Positions 8,366 through 16,877 of a stretch of 33,574 nucleotides of DNA are shown here, one piece after another. The notes under the pieces are model-generated. The model was not told the origin of the DNA, did not search any database, and saw only the letters and a list, made by a program, of their open reading frames with translations. Both the position numbers and the translations under genes were made by a program. Source of the DNA: an uncultured Bacilli bacterium (GTDB lineage Bacteria > Bacillota_I > Bacilli_A > RF39 > UBA660); NCBI GenBank assembly GCA_910578745.1, contig CAJTSN010000007.1, positions 2,855 through 36,428 on the forward strand, read 5' to 3'. The stretch's first letter is position 1, and each line of letters starts with the position of its first letter.

Positions 8366-8995
8366 ATGAAAAAGAAAAGTCTAATTGTTCTTCTCTTAGT
8401 TGCTTTCATTATTTTCATGATTTATATAAAACTAAAAGATAAAAGCATCTATTATGTCAATATTCAGGACATTTATGATAGTGTTGAATATTCCTATCCT
8501 ATAAGAAATGAAATTGAGAAAAAGGAAAAATTAGAAAAATTTGTAGAGTTTCGATATGAAGATTTAAGAATAACCGATTTAATACAAATGATCCGTGAAA
8601 ATGATTATATCTATGTAGATCATAAAAAGCAAACCATTCAAAATGCACTGATTAAGGCAGATATTATTACTTTGTTTGTAGGTATGAATGAAGTTTCCTA
8701 TGGCCTTTCTAAAAAGTATCCAGAAGATATTTATAACTATATGGATACTTTACTATTGGATATAGAAACTCTCTTAGAAGAAATAAAAAAATATAGTAAA
8801 GAGAAAGTCTTTTTTATAGGATATTATTATGAACTTGAAAAAGACAAAGGCTATATCACCTATTTAAATGAAAAATTAGAAAAAATATGTAAAAAAGAGG
8901 GCGTTACTTATATTCCAAATGAAACTTATTTAAACAAGAATAAAAATATAGCAAATATCCAATCCAGTGTTTTAAATAAATTTACTTTTTCGTAA
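8366..8995 (+). CDS. Membrane-anchored hypothetical protein (possibly a degenerate SGNH/GDSL-like fold)
   Basis: N-terminal TM anchor. ITLFVGMNEV resembles SGNH block II, but no clear GDS block is visible. ATG 8366 has GTGAGGTG upstream. Confidence 0.45.
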   Translation: MKKKSLIVLLLVAFIIFMIYIKLKDKSIYYVNIQDIYDSVEYSYPIRNEIEKKEKLEKFVEFRYEDLRITDLIQMIRENDYIYVDHKKQTIQNALIKADIITLFVGMNEVSYGLSKKYPEDIYNYMDTLLLDIETLLEEIKKYSKEKVFFIGYYYELEKDKGYITYLNEKLEKICKKEGVTYIPNETYLNKNKNIANIQSSVLNKFTFS

Positions 8996-9027
8996 AAGTG
9001 TGCTATATTAAATAGAGAGGTGAGAAA

Positions 9028-9678
9028 GTGACAGTATCAAATTTTTTATCAAAAGTCTTTTTATGGATGTTTGTAGGACTTATGGTTACATTTGCAACAG
9101 GCGTTTTGGTCTCAAATAGTGTTGATGCATTAGAATTTATATTTTCTGATGGAGGGTATTGGATTTTAATCATTGCTGAGTTTGTAACCGTTATTGTTTT
9201 ATCGGCGAGAATGCAAAAAATGTCCCCTACGGCAGCTAAATTTGGGTTTATCTTTTATTCTTTTTTAACAGGTTTAACCTTCTCCGCTGTCTTTGTAGTC
9301 TATAAGATTACATCTATTATAGCTGTATTTTTAATTACATCTATCATTATGTTTGTCTTTGCTATTATAGGGGCTAAAACAAAAATGGATTTATCTAAAT
9401 TTGGAACCTATTTATTGATGGCTTTACTTGGAATTATCATTGCAGGAATTATTAATATATTTGTTGATAATGGAACCTTTGATATGGTCCTATGTAGTAT
9501 TAGTATTTTGGTTTTTGTAGGTTATATAGCTTATGATGTCCAAAAAGTAAAAACAATATATGAACAAAATCCATCCGCTGATAACTTGGCAATTTATGGA
9601 GCACTGAACTTATACTTAGATTTCATTAATATATTCTTAGATTTATTAAGACTATTTGGTAGTTCAGATAATAATTAG
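9028..9678 (+). CDS. Bax inhibitor-1/YccA family membrane protein
   Basis: Seven predicted TM helices, with C-terminal GALNLYLDFINIFLDLLRLFG typical of BI-1/YccA. GTG start after GAGAGGTGA. Confidence 0.8.
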   Translation: MTVSNFLSKVFLWMFVGLMVTFATGVLVSNSVDALEFIFSDGGYWILIIAEFVTVIVLSARMQKMSPTAAKFGFIFYSFLTGLTFSAVFVVYKITSIIAVFLITSIIMFVFAIIGAKTKMDLSKFGTYLLMALLGIIIAGIINIFVDNGTFDMVLCSISILVFVGYIAYDVQKVKTIYEQNPSADNLAIYGALNLYLDFINIFLDLLRLFGSSDNN

Positions 9679-9704
9679 CGCTACAGTTTGTAGTGCTTTT
9701 CTTT
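9677..9704 (+). terminator. Intrinsic terminator after the BI-1 family gene
   Basis: AGCGCTACA pairs with TGTAGTGCT (9 bp including one G-U pair, 3-nt loop), followed by TTTTCTTT. Confidence 0.7.
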
Positions 9705-9715
9705 CACATAAAAGC

Positions 9716-9744
9716 TTGCATTTTATAAAAAAGCTTGTTATACT
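9716..9744 (+). promoter_or_regulatory. Candidate sigma-A promoter of rpmE
   Basis: TTGCAT (9716-9721), a 17-nt spacer, then TATACT (9739-9744). A leader hairpin ATGACA-gacct-TGTCAT lies at 9765-9781. Confidence 0.5.
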
Positions 9745-9800
9745 ATGTAAGTAATTAAATTTCTATGACAGACCTTGTCATGGCGGAAGGAGATTAGTGT

Positions 9801-10016
9801 ATGAAAAAAGGTATTCATCCAGAATATAAAGATATGCAAGTTACATGTTCTTGTGGAAATACGTTTACAGTAAAGTCGACAAAAGACCAATTACATATTG
9901 AAAGTTGTAATAAATGTCATCCTTTTTATACAGGAAAACAAACAGCTACAACACAAAAAGGACGTATTGAAAAGTTTAACCAAAAATATGGATTTTCACA
10001 AAAAACAGAAAAATAA
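9801..10016 (+). CDS. rpmE: 50S ribosomal protein L31, Zn-ribbon (type A) form
   Basis: MKKGIHPEY..., CSCG...[10 protein letters not shown] with all four cysteines present. Confidence 0.95.
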   Translation: MKKGIHPEYKDMQVTCSCGNTFTVKSTKDQLHIESCNKCHPFYTGKQTATTQKGRIEKFNQKYGFSQKTEK

Positions 10017-10160
10017 GAAAAAAGTCTTATTTTTTTGTTTGTATGTATAGTTGTAACAGATAAAAAATGATTTGTAGTAACGAATATGTAGTGATAAATG
10101 AAGGAAAGCTCTATTGGCGTTTTCCATTTGTTGTGCTAAAATAAATAGGAAGGTGATAAA

Positions 10161-10598
10161 ATGAAAATTGTAATTGCAAATGACCATAGAGGTGTAGAGT
10201 TAAAAAACAAACTTTTATCTTTCTTAAAAGAAGAGGGGTACTCTGTTTATAATGTAGGAACAGATACATTAGATTCTGTCGATTATCCTATTTATGCAAA
10301 AGAACTTTCAAAACATCTTGAAATGGATGACTTAGGAATTCTTATTTGTGGTACAGGAATTGGTATGTCAATCGCTGCAAACAAAATAAAGGGTATCCGC
10401 TGTGCGAAAGCAAATACTATTGATGAGGCAAAAATGACTAGAATGGATAATGACGCCAATGTACTTGCTTTATCTAGTGAAATGGAAGTAAGTGAAGTCA
10501 AAAAAATTGTGAATGTCTTTTTAAAAACAGAAGTATCTATGGATGAAAGACACATTCGAAGAAGAAAAATGCTAGAGGCACTTGAAGATGAACGTTAA
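10161..10598 (+). CDS. rpiB: Ribose-5-phosphate isomerase B
   Basis: MKIVIANDHRG, ILICGTGIGMSIAANK (catalytic Cys), 145 aa. Confidence 0.9.
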   Translation: MKIVIANDHRGVELKNKLLSFLKEEGYSVYNVGTDTLDSVDYPIYAKELSKHLEMDDLGILICGTGIGMSIAANKIKGIRCAKANTIDEAKMTRMDNDANVLALSSEMEVSEVKKIVNVFLKTEVSMDERHIRRRKMLEALEDER

Positions 10599-10785
10599 GA
10601 CGATTCTTTATATATTCGTTGTTCCTTTGGCGATTTGGGCACTTGATAGCTTAAATATAGAAGGAAAATTTAAAAAAAATAGATATTATCAAGCAAGATT
10701 GCTCTATTTAATGGTAGCAATTTCTATTTCTTATCTTGTTGTCAATTTCTTTTATGATTTTTATATGTATTCTAAATTTGTGTAG
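10582..10785 (+). CDS. Small two-TM membrane protein (DUF1146/YwzB-like by size and shape)
   Basis: 67 aa with two hydrophobic helices separated by a basic loop ([11 protein letters not shown]). Overlaps the rpiB end by 17 nt. The family assignment is tentative. Confidence 0.45.
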   Translation: MKMNVKTILYIFVVPLAIWALDSLNIEGKFKKNRYYQARLLYLMVAISISYLVVNFFYDFYMYSKFV

Positions 10786-10793
10786 GAGGAAGT

Positions 10794-11186
10794 ATGTTTA
10801 AAGAATTTAAAACGTTTATTTCACGTGGAAATGTTGTTGATATGGCCGTAGGTGTAATTATTGGTTCTGCTTTTGGGAAAATTGTATCTTCATTAGTTGA
10901 TAACATTTTAATGCCAATAATTGGTGTATTAATTGGAGGTATTGACTTTTCTAATTTAACTTTTAAGGTGAGAGATGCTGTTATTTCTTATGGAATTTTT
11001 ATTCAGTCGATTCTTGACTTTTTAATCATTGCGGCAAGCATTTTCTTTATGATGAAAGTTCTTGCAAAGTTAAGCCATCGAAGAAAAGAGGAAGAGAAGA
11101 AAGAACCACCTAAAAAGCCAGAGGAAGTACTTATTTTAGAAGAAATTTGTGAATTGTTAAAAGAAACAACAAAAAAGGACAAGTAA
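10794..11186 (+). CDS. mscL: Large-conductance mechanosensitive channel
   Basis: [40 protein letters not shown] is near-consensus for MscL. Confidence 0.95.
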   Translation: MFKEFKTFISRGNVVDMAVGVIIGSAFGKIVSSLVDNILMPIIGVLIGGIDFSNLTFKVRDAVISYGIFIQSILDFLIIAASIFFMMKVLAKLSHRRKEEEKKEPPKKPEEVLILEEICELLKETTKKDK

Positions 11187-11200
11187 TTTGTTCTTTTTAT
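11176..11200 (+). terminator. Intrinsic terminator after mscL
   Basis: AGGACAA pairs with TTGTTCT (7 bp including one G-U pair), 5-nt loop containing the stop codon, followed by a T-run. Confidence 0.5.
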
Positions 11201-11225
11201 TTTATGCTAATAAGAGGTGATGACT

Positions 11226-12167
11226 ATGAAAAAAATATTCTTTTTCTTTCTCGTCGTTTTATTAGTACCAACAGGCATTATTTTCTTATTGTTGAGAGAA
11301 AAAGAGCCTAAAAAAAATGGTTCTATTATTCATAATGGTTCTTCCATCGAAGATAAGATAGTTCGTGTGAAACGTGTAAGCAAAGATACAATAGAAGAAG
11401 TTCCACTAGAAGATTATGTTGTTGGGGTTGTATCTGGAGAAATGCCTATTTCCTTTTCAGATGAAGCTTTAAAAGCACAAGCGGTGTGTGCTAGAACGTA
11501 TGTGATTCGAAAAATGGACAATAATAAGGATAAAGAGTATGACGTAGTTGATACGATTGATAATCAAGTCTATCAAGATCTTGAGGAACTTAAAAATAAA
11601 TGGAAAGAAAAATATGATGAAAATATAAAAAAATTAAAAAAAATTGTAAAAGAAACAGAAAGAGAATATTTAACTTATGATGGAAAAGTGATAGAAGTAT
11701 TCTTTTTTTCAACAAGCAATGGTCATACAGAAAATAGCGAAGAAGTATTTACAAAAGCTCTTCCCTATTTGAAAAGTGTGGATTCTTCTTTTGATGAGGA
11801 AGTTTCTCCTGTTTTTAAAAAAGAGGTTGAAATGAGTTTAAGTGACTTTTATACAAAATTATCCCTTCCATACGCAAAACAGTTGGAATATAAGGTTCTA
11901 GAAAGAACACAAGCTGGAAGTGTAAAAAAAATAAGGATTAATGGGGAAGAATATAAAGGAACTGAGGTAAGAAAACTTTTAGGTATTCGTTCTACTTATT
12001 TTGAATTTATAGTAAATGGAACAAATGTTTTAATTAAAACAACGGGATATGGGCATGGCGTTGGCATGAGTCAGTATGGAGCGCTTGCTCTTTCTAATAA
12101 AGGATATACATATGATAAAATTTTAAAATATTATTATCAAGGAGTTGAAATTCAAAAAATAAGTTAA
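11226..12167 (+). CDS. spoIID: Stage II sporulation protein D (SpoIID/LytB lytic transglycosylase family)
   Basis: ALKAQAVCARTY, DNQVYQ, FFSTSNGHTENSEEVF and GHGVGMSQYGA motifs. ATG 11226 follows AAGAGGTGA. Confidence 0.85.
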   Translation: MKKIFFFFLVVLLVPTGIIFLLLREKEPKKNGSIIHNGSSIEDKIVRVKRVSKDTIEEVPLEDYVVGVVSGEMPISFSDEALKAQAVCARTYVIRKMDNNKDKEYDVVDTIDNQVYQDLEELKNKWKEKYDENIKKLKKIVKETEREYLTYDGKVIEVFFFSTSNGHTENSEEVFTKALPYLKSVDSSFDEEVSPVFKKEVEMSLSDFYTKLSLPYAKQLEYKVLERTQAGSVKKIRINGEEYKGTEVRKLLGIRSTYFEFIVNGTNVLIKTTGYGHGVGMSQYGALALSNKGYTYDKILKYYYQGVEIQKIS

Positions 12168-12219
12168 AAAAAAGTATAAAAATTTTTTTCCGGCTCACAC
12201 TTAAAATAGAGGTGAAAAA

Positions 12220-12864
12220 ATGGAAGGAAGAAGATTAAAACGACCAGTTGTGTATGCGATGTATGGAATTGCTTTCGCACTTATTCTAACATCTCTTTAT
12301 GTGATGAGTATGAAGTCAAAACAAACATTTAAAAGTGAAGAAATTCCACCAACTTATGTATCAAAAGTAATCTTTGATGATACCGTAAGCGTTATTCGGG
12401 AAACCAATACAAAGGATAAAGTATTTATAAAACCTTTTGTAGCTGAAAATGTGACAATCAATAAACACTTCTATGATGATACAGAAGAAAATCAGGAAAG
12501 TGCCATCATATATTATGAAAATACATATATGCAAAGTACTGGAATTGAATATGCAAGCAATGAACCATTTGATGTTGTTGCAACCTATGGTGGAACCGTA
12601 ACCGCCGTTACAGAAGATGAGTTGCTTGGAAATATCATTCAAATTACACATGAAAATGGTTTTGTAAGTAATTATGAAAGTGTATCGGATGTACGTGTCA
12701 AAGTGAATGATATAGTAGAAGGGGGAACAGTCATAGCAAAAAGTGGGAATGCCAATCTATTTAAAGATGTAGAAAATGGACTTTATTATGAACTTGTTTT
12801 AGATAGTAAAAATATAAATCCACTTTTAAGTTATGATAAATCAATTGCTGAAATAAAGGGTTAA
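12220..12864 (+). CDS. spoIIQ: SpoIIQ-like forespore protein with a degenerate LytM (M23) domain
   Basis: N-terminal TM anchor plus a LytM-like core in which the metal ligands are replaced (STGIEYA where HxGxDxA is expected, YESV for YAHL, GLYYEL for HLHFE). Located between spoIID and spoIIID. Confidence 0.6.
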   Translation: MEGRRLKRPVVYAMYGIAFALILTSLYVMSMKSKQTFKSEEIPPTYVSKVIFDDTVSVIRETNTKDKVFIKPFVAENVTINKHFYDDTEENQESAIIYYENTYMQSTGIEYASNEPFDVVATYGGTVTAVTEDELLGNIIQITHENGFVSNYESVSDVRVKVNDIVEGGTVIAKSGNANLFKDVENGLYYELVLDSKNINPLLSYDKSIAEIKG

Positions 12865-12876
12865 TCCCTTTTTTTG
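12855..12876 (+). terminator. Intrinsic terminator after spoIIQ-like gene
   Basis: AAAGGG, loop ttaat, CCCTTT, followed by a T-run. The stop codon lies in the loop. Confidence 0.7.
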
Positions 12877-12924
12877 GTATAAAACAAATGGACATTTATA
12901 TAATGAACTAAGGGGGAAATACGT

Positions 12925-13167
12925 TTGAATTATATAAATGCAAGAGTGCTTAAAGAAGCGCAAGTTATTATGGAAACTGGGTATACTATTAGAGAAATCG
13001 CCAAGATGTTTCATGTATCAAAAAGTACAGTACATAAAGATTTACATGAACGTCTTCTTAAAATTGATAAAATAAAATATAAAAAAGTAGATGATATTTT
13101 AAAGTTTCATACAGATATAAGACATATACGTGGAGGCGAATCTACAAGACGAAAATATCAAAAGTAA
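12925..13167 (+). CDS. spoIIID: Stage III sporulation protein D, mother-cell HTH transcription factor
   Basis: TIREIAKMFHVSKSTVHKDL HTH and ...HIRGGESTRRKY tail, 80 aa. TTG start after AAGGGGGA. Confidence 0.9.
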   Translation: MNYINARVLKEAQVIMETGYTIREIAKMFHVSKSTVHKDLHERLLKIDKIKYKKVDDILKFHTDIRHIRGGESTRRKYQK

Positions 13168-13177
13168 TGGAGGAATT

Positions 13178-14167
13178 ATGTTCGCAAAAGATATAGGAAT
13201 TGATTTAGGAACAGCCAATGTATTGATTTATATTAAAGGAGAAGGAATTGTACTCAATGAACCAAGTGTTGTAGCCATTGATATGGATAGTAGAAAACCC
13301 TTAGCAGTTGGAATGAAAGCGAGAGAAATGCTTGGAAGAACACCCGGTAAAGTGGAAGCCATTCGTCCGATGAAAGATGGTGTAATTGCCGACTTTGAAA
13401 CGACGGAGATTATGTTAAATCACTTTATACGTGAAGTGAATGGAAAAGGAATTCTATCGAAACCTCGTATTTTAATTTGTTGTCCTTCTAATATTACACA
13501 AGTGGAGAAAAATGCAATTAAAGAAGCGGCAGAAAGAACAGGCGCTCGAAGGGTCTATATCGAAGAGGAACCCAAAGTGGCCGCTGTAGGCGCTGGTCTT
13601 GATATTTCTCTTCCAAGTGGAAATATGGTGATTGATATTGGAGGTGGAACAACGGACATTGCTATTTTATCGATGGGGGATATAGTAACTTCTTCTTCTA
13701 TTAAAATAGCAGGAAATGTTTTTGACGCTGACATTGAAAAATATATTAAAGAAAAATATAAATTACTCATTGGGGATAGAACGGCAGAAGAGATTAAGTT
13801 ACAAATAGGAACGGTGTATAGTGGTTCTAAAAAAGAGAAAATGATGGTTCGAGGAAGAGATTTAGTAACTGGCTTACCACATACAATTACGATTTGTTCT
13901 GATGAAATTGAAGAGGCCTTAAGGGAAAGTGCCTACATTATTGTGCATACAGCCAAGACCGTTTTGGAAAGTACACCGCCTGAACTGTCTGCAGATATTA
14001 TTGGAAAAGGCGTTGTTTTAACTGGAGGAGGAGCTTTAATTCATGGTATTGATAAGTTATTACAACAAGAATTAAAGGTTCCAGTCATCGTGGCCTCTTC
14101 ACCCCTTACTTGTGTTGCGGAAGGGACAGGAATTTTATTAAATAACTTAAAACTATTAGATCATTAA
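13178..14167 (+). CDS. mbl: Rod-shape-determining actin homologue MreB/Mbl
   Basis: IGIDLGTANV, DIGGGTTDIA, and LTGGGALI. ATG 13178 follows GGAGGA. I prefer the symbol mbl only because of the spoIIID-mbl adjacency known in Bacillus. Confidence 0.9.
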   Translation: MFAKDIGIDLGTANVLIYIKGEGIVLNEPSVVAIDMDSRKPLAVGMKAREMLGRTPGKVEAIRPMKDGVIADFETTEIMLNHFIREVNGKGILSKPRILICCPSNITQVEKNAIKEAAERTGARRVYIEEEPKVAAVGAGLDISLPSGNMVIDIGGGTTDIAILSMGDIVTSSSIKIAGNVFDADIEKYIKEKYKLLIGDRTAEEIKLQIGTVYSGSKKEKMMVRGRDLVTGLPHTITICSDEIEEALRESAYIIVHTAKTVLESTPPELSADIIGKGVVLTGGGALIHGIDKLLQQELKVPVIVASSPLTCVAEGTGILLNNLKLLDH

Positions 14168-14180
14168 AAAGTTGAAATGA

Positions 14181-14203
14181 AAAAGAGAAGGCTCTTTTTT
14201 TTC
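14181..14203 (+). terminator. Weak intrinsic terminator after mbl
   Basis: AAAAGAG, loop aagg, CTCTTTT, followed by a long T-run. Confidence 0.45.
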
Positions 14204-14309
14204 TTTTTTATTCTAAAATTTGACAAATTTCGTACAAATTTTAAGAAACTGATAGATTTTATGTGAACGATTTGATAAAATAAGTTATAGTAGAAAGTAG
14301 CGTGATGAT

Positions 14310-15011
14310 ATGTTTAGAATTGCTATTTTTTCTGATGTCCATGGCAATAAGGAAGCTTTAGAAGCAATTCTCACTAGTATTGAAAAAATCGATTTTGATG
14401 AAGTTATTTGTTTAGGTGATGTGATTGGTCTTGGACCGAATCCAAAAGAATGCCTTGACTTAATTCGAGAGAATCATATCAAATTAGTATTAGGAAATCA
14501 TGAACGATATTACTTAAATGGAACACATAATGAAAAACAAATGACGATTGATGAAAGAGCACATCATGCATGGATTGCTTCTCAACTTGATTTATCACAT
14601 AAAGAGTATTTACAAAAATTAGATATATGCTTAGAGATGACATTAAATGATCAGAAAATTGCTTTTATGCATTACCCTTTTGATAAAGTAGAAAATGATT
14701 TTTACGTTCCAAAAAAACTAACAGAGGAACATGTAAAGAGAGTTTTTCGAAATTATGCTAATGATTTTACGTTTATAGGACATTTTCATCAAGATGATTT
14801 TTATAAGGGCGAAAATGAACGCGTATATGTCAATTTAAGTAGTGTAGGTTGTACAAAAGATAATATTGCAACCTATACCATATTTGAATTTGATGGAGAG
14901 GATTTTAGTATATATAGAAAAAAATGTATCTATGATCGAAAAAAATTTGAAGAAAAATTAGAAAGTATTTCTTATCCTGCGAAGGAGGAAATTCGAAGAA
15001 TCTTCTTTTAG
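14310..15011 (+). CDS. Metallophosphoesterase (YfcE/MJ0936-like)
   Basis: DVHGN, GDVIGLGP, GNHE and IGHFH motifs in the canonical order. Confidence 0.8.
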   Translation: MFRIAIFSDVHGNKEALEAILTSIEKIDFDEVICLGDVIGLGPNPKECLDLIRENHIKLVLGNHERYYLNGTHNEKQMTIDERAHHAWIASQLDLSHKEYLQKLDICLEMTLNDQKIAFMHYPFDKVENDFYVPKKLTEEHVKRVFRNYANDFTFIGHFHQDDFYKGENERVYVNLSSVGCTKDNIATYTIFEFDGEDFSIYRKKCIYDRKKFEEKLESISYPAKEEIRRIFF

Positions 15012-15034
15012 AACATAGTGGAAAGGAAGTCAAA

Positions 15035-16246
15035 ATGATAAAATTTGATTTTGAAACCTATTTAGAAGGGGAAGTAAACACAGAAACCTTTATTGCATAT
15101 AGTAATAGTGTAGATCGTGCACGGAATGATTTTTTAAGAGAAAATAATTTAAATGATTGGTATCAATTTGATGCGCTCCTTTCGGATGAAGAGGTCATTG
15201 ATATTGAAACGACAGCGGCTTATGTACGAAGTAAAGCAGAATTGTTTATTGTTATTGGTGTGGGAGGTTCTTATTTAGGAGCAAAAGGAATAATCGATGC
15301 TTTGACTCCTTATTTTAAGAAAAATGATCCTGAAATTGTTTACGCAGGAAATTCTTTATCAGGTGAGTATTTACAATCTTTAATTGACTATATGCATGAT
15401 AAAGAAGTCGTATTAAATGTCATTTCAAAGTCAGGAAATACTTTAGAGACGATGGTAACTTTTGAAGCTTTATATAAATCTTTAAAAACAAGATATAATG
15501 AAGAAGAAATTCGGGAAAGAATCATTGTTACAACTGATAAAGAGAATGGACATTTATTAGAGATGGCAAAAAGAATTGGTTGTAAAAGATTTGTTTTTCC
15601 ATCAAATGTAGGTGGAAGATTTTCAACGTTAACGACCGTGGGCCTTTTTCCTATTTGTGTGGCAGGGATTGACATTCGAAGTATTTTAGATGGAGCGAGA
15701 AGTGCGAAACAAAATCGAAGAGATTACTATAAGTATTTAGCGGTTCGACAACACATGTATAGTAAGGGAAAATATGTAGAAGTATTTAATGTATATGAAC
15801 CAAAATTAGAGTCATTCACCGAATGGATACAGCAAATTTTTGCTGAAACACAAGGAAAATTTAAAAAAGGTATATTCCCTATTTCTATGGTGAATACTGG
15901 AAAATTGCATTCTTTGGGACAGTATTTGCAAGAAGGAACTCCTATTTCTTTTGAAACAAGTATTGATGTGGAAAGAAATAGTGATTTCTATGTTGAAAAA
16001 TACAATCGTTATATGGATACGATGAATAGTATTGCATTAAAAAGTGTTGCTATGGCCCATCATGCCGCTGGTCGATATACAGGAATTATTACAATCGATG
16101 AAATCAATCCATACAATATGGGATATTTATACGCATTTTTTTCCATTGTGAGCACTCTTGGCGCTTATATGGATGGGAATAATTATGCAAATCAACCGGG
16201 TGTAAATCAATATAAAGAGATCATGAATGCACAATTGAATATCTAG
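15035..16246 (+). CDS. pgi: Glucose-6-phosphate isomerase (short form)
   Basis: GVGGSYLGAKG, ISKSGNTLET, and VGGRFS motifs of the SIS/PGI family, 403 aa. Confidence 0.88.
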   Translation: MIKFDFETYLEGEVNTETFIAYSNSVDRARNDFLRENNLNDWYQFDALLSDEEVIDIETTAAYVRSKAELFIVIGVGGSYLGAKGIIDALTPYFKKNDPEIVYAGNSLSGEYLQSLIDYMHDKEVVLNVISKSGNTLETMVTFEALYKSLKTRYNEEEIRERIIVTTDKENGHLLEMAKRIGCKRFVFPSNVGGRFSTLTTVGLFPICVAGIDIRSILDGARSAKQNRRDYYKYLAVRQHMYSKGKYVEVFNVYEPKLESFTEWIQQIFAETQGKFKKGIFPISMVNTGKLHSLGQYLQEGTPISFETSIDVERNSDFYVEKYNRYMDTMNSIALKSVAMAHHAAGRYTGIITIDEINPYNMGYLYAFFSIVSTLGAYMDGNNYANQPGVNQYKEIMNAQLNI

Positions 16247-16287
16247 GAATAGATATTTTTTCTTCCCCAGAAATTGATTTCTATCTC

Positions 16288-16316
16288 TTGATGATGAGAG
16301 TAAAATTTGGTATACT
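16288..16316 (+). promoter_or_regulatory. Candidate sigma-A promoter with extended -10
   Basis: TTGATG (16288-16293), a 17-nt spacer ending in TGG, then TATACT (16311-16316). Confidence 0.45.
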
Positions 16317-16343
16317 AATTACGAATATGAGGATGTGAGTTGT

Positions 16344-16865
16344 GTGAAAAAAAGAAATATAATTCTAATCATTTTTATTTTTTTAATCGTATGTATAGGA
16401 ATTACTTTTGGTATTTTTAAATTATTTGATGCAATGAAAAGCGAAAATGAGAAAGTAAAAAAAGATATGGAAGAAATTCATTTATTATATGATGAATTGA
16501 ATGAGAATGCTTCTTCCTTCAACAAAAAGAAAGAAGAGTATGATTCTATAATGAGTACTCTTTATTATACAAACGTTCAAGAGAAAAATAAGGCAATTGT
16601 AAACATTTTAAATGAGTATGATTTAATTATTGGAAGAATTATAGAAACAGGAAATCATTTAAAAGAAAAATGTGCTTTTACTTATACCGATAATGAGGTA
16701 ATACAAAAATGTAACTCTTATCAAATTAGTTATGAAAGCGCTGTTCAAGTATTTCAGAAAGATATAAAAAGATTCAATACGTTAGTTGAAAATTATAACG
16801 CTTGGACGAAAGAAAATTCAAAATATAAAACAATTGAAAAATTTACATCAAAGTATGTGGAATAA
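16344..16865 (+). CDS. Membrane-anchored hypothetical protein (single N-terminal TM, helical/charged ectodomain)
   Basis: ORF with N-terminal IILIIFIFLIVCIGITFGIF anchor. I prefer GTG 16344 (10 nt after TGAGGA) over GTG 16335. No recognisable family. Confidence 0.45.
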   Translation: MKKRNIILIIFIFLIVCIGITFGIFKLFDAMKSENEKVKKDMEEIHLLYDELNENASSFNKKKEEYDSIMSTLYYTNVQEKNKAIVNILNEYDLIIGRIIETGNHLKEKCAFTYTDNEVIQKCNSYQISYESAVQVFQKDIKRFNTLVENYNAWTKENSKYKTIEKFTSKYVE

Positions 16866-16877
16866 GAGGTGAGTTTT

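Noticed and set aside
9996-10187. 63-aa minus-strand ORF in the rpmE/rpiB spacer
   Set aside because: It overlaps the ends of both flanking genes, has no SD and has a low-complexity product. It is probably spurious.
12174-12205. Sigma-F-like promoter (GTATA ... GGCTCACAC) upstream of the spoIIQ-like gene
   Set aside because: The spacer length and the -10 residues do not fit the GCATR-15-GGHRARHTX consensus well enough to call.
13130-13177. 16-codon N-terminal extension of mbl overlapping spoIIID
   Set aside because: MreB-family proteins start at MF..DIGIDLGTAN. ATG 13178 has a GGAGGA SD, and the extension is just the out-of-frame spoIIID tail.
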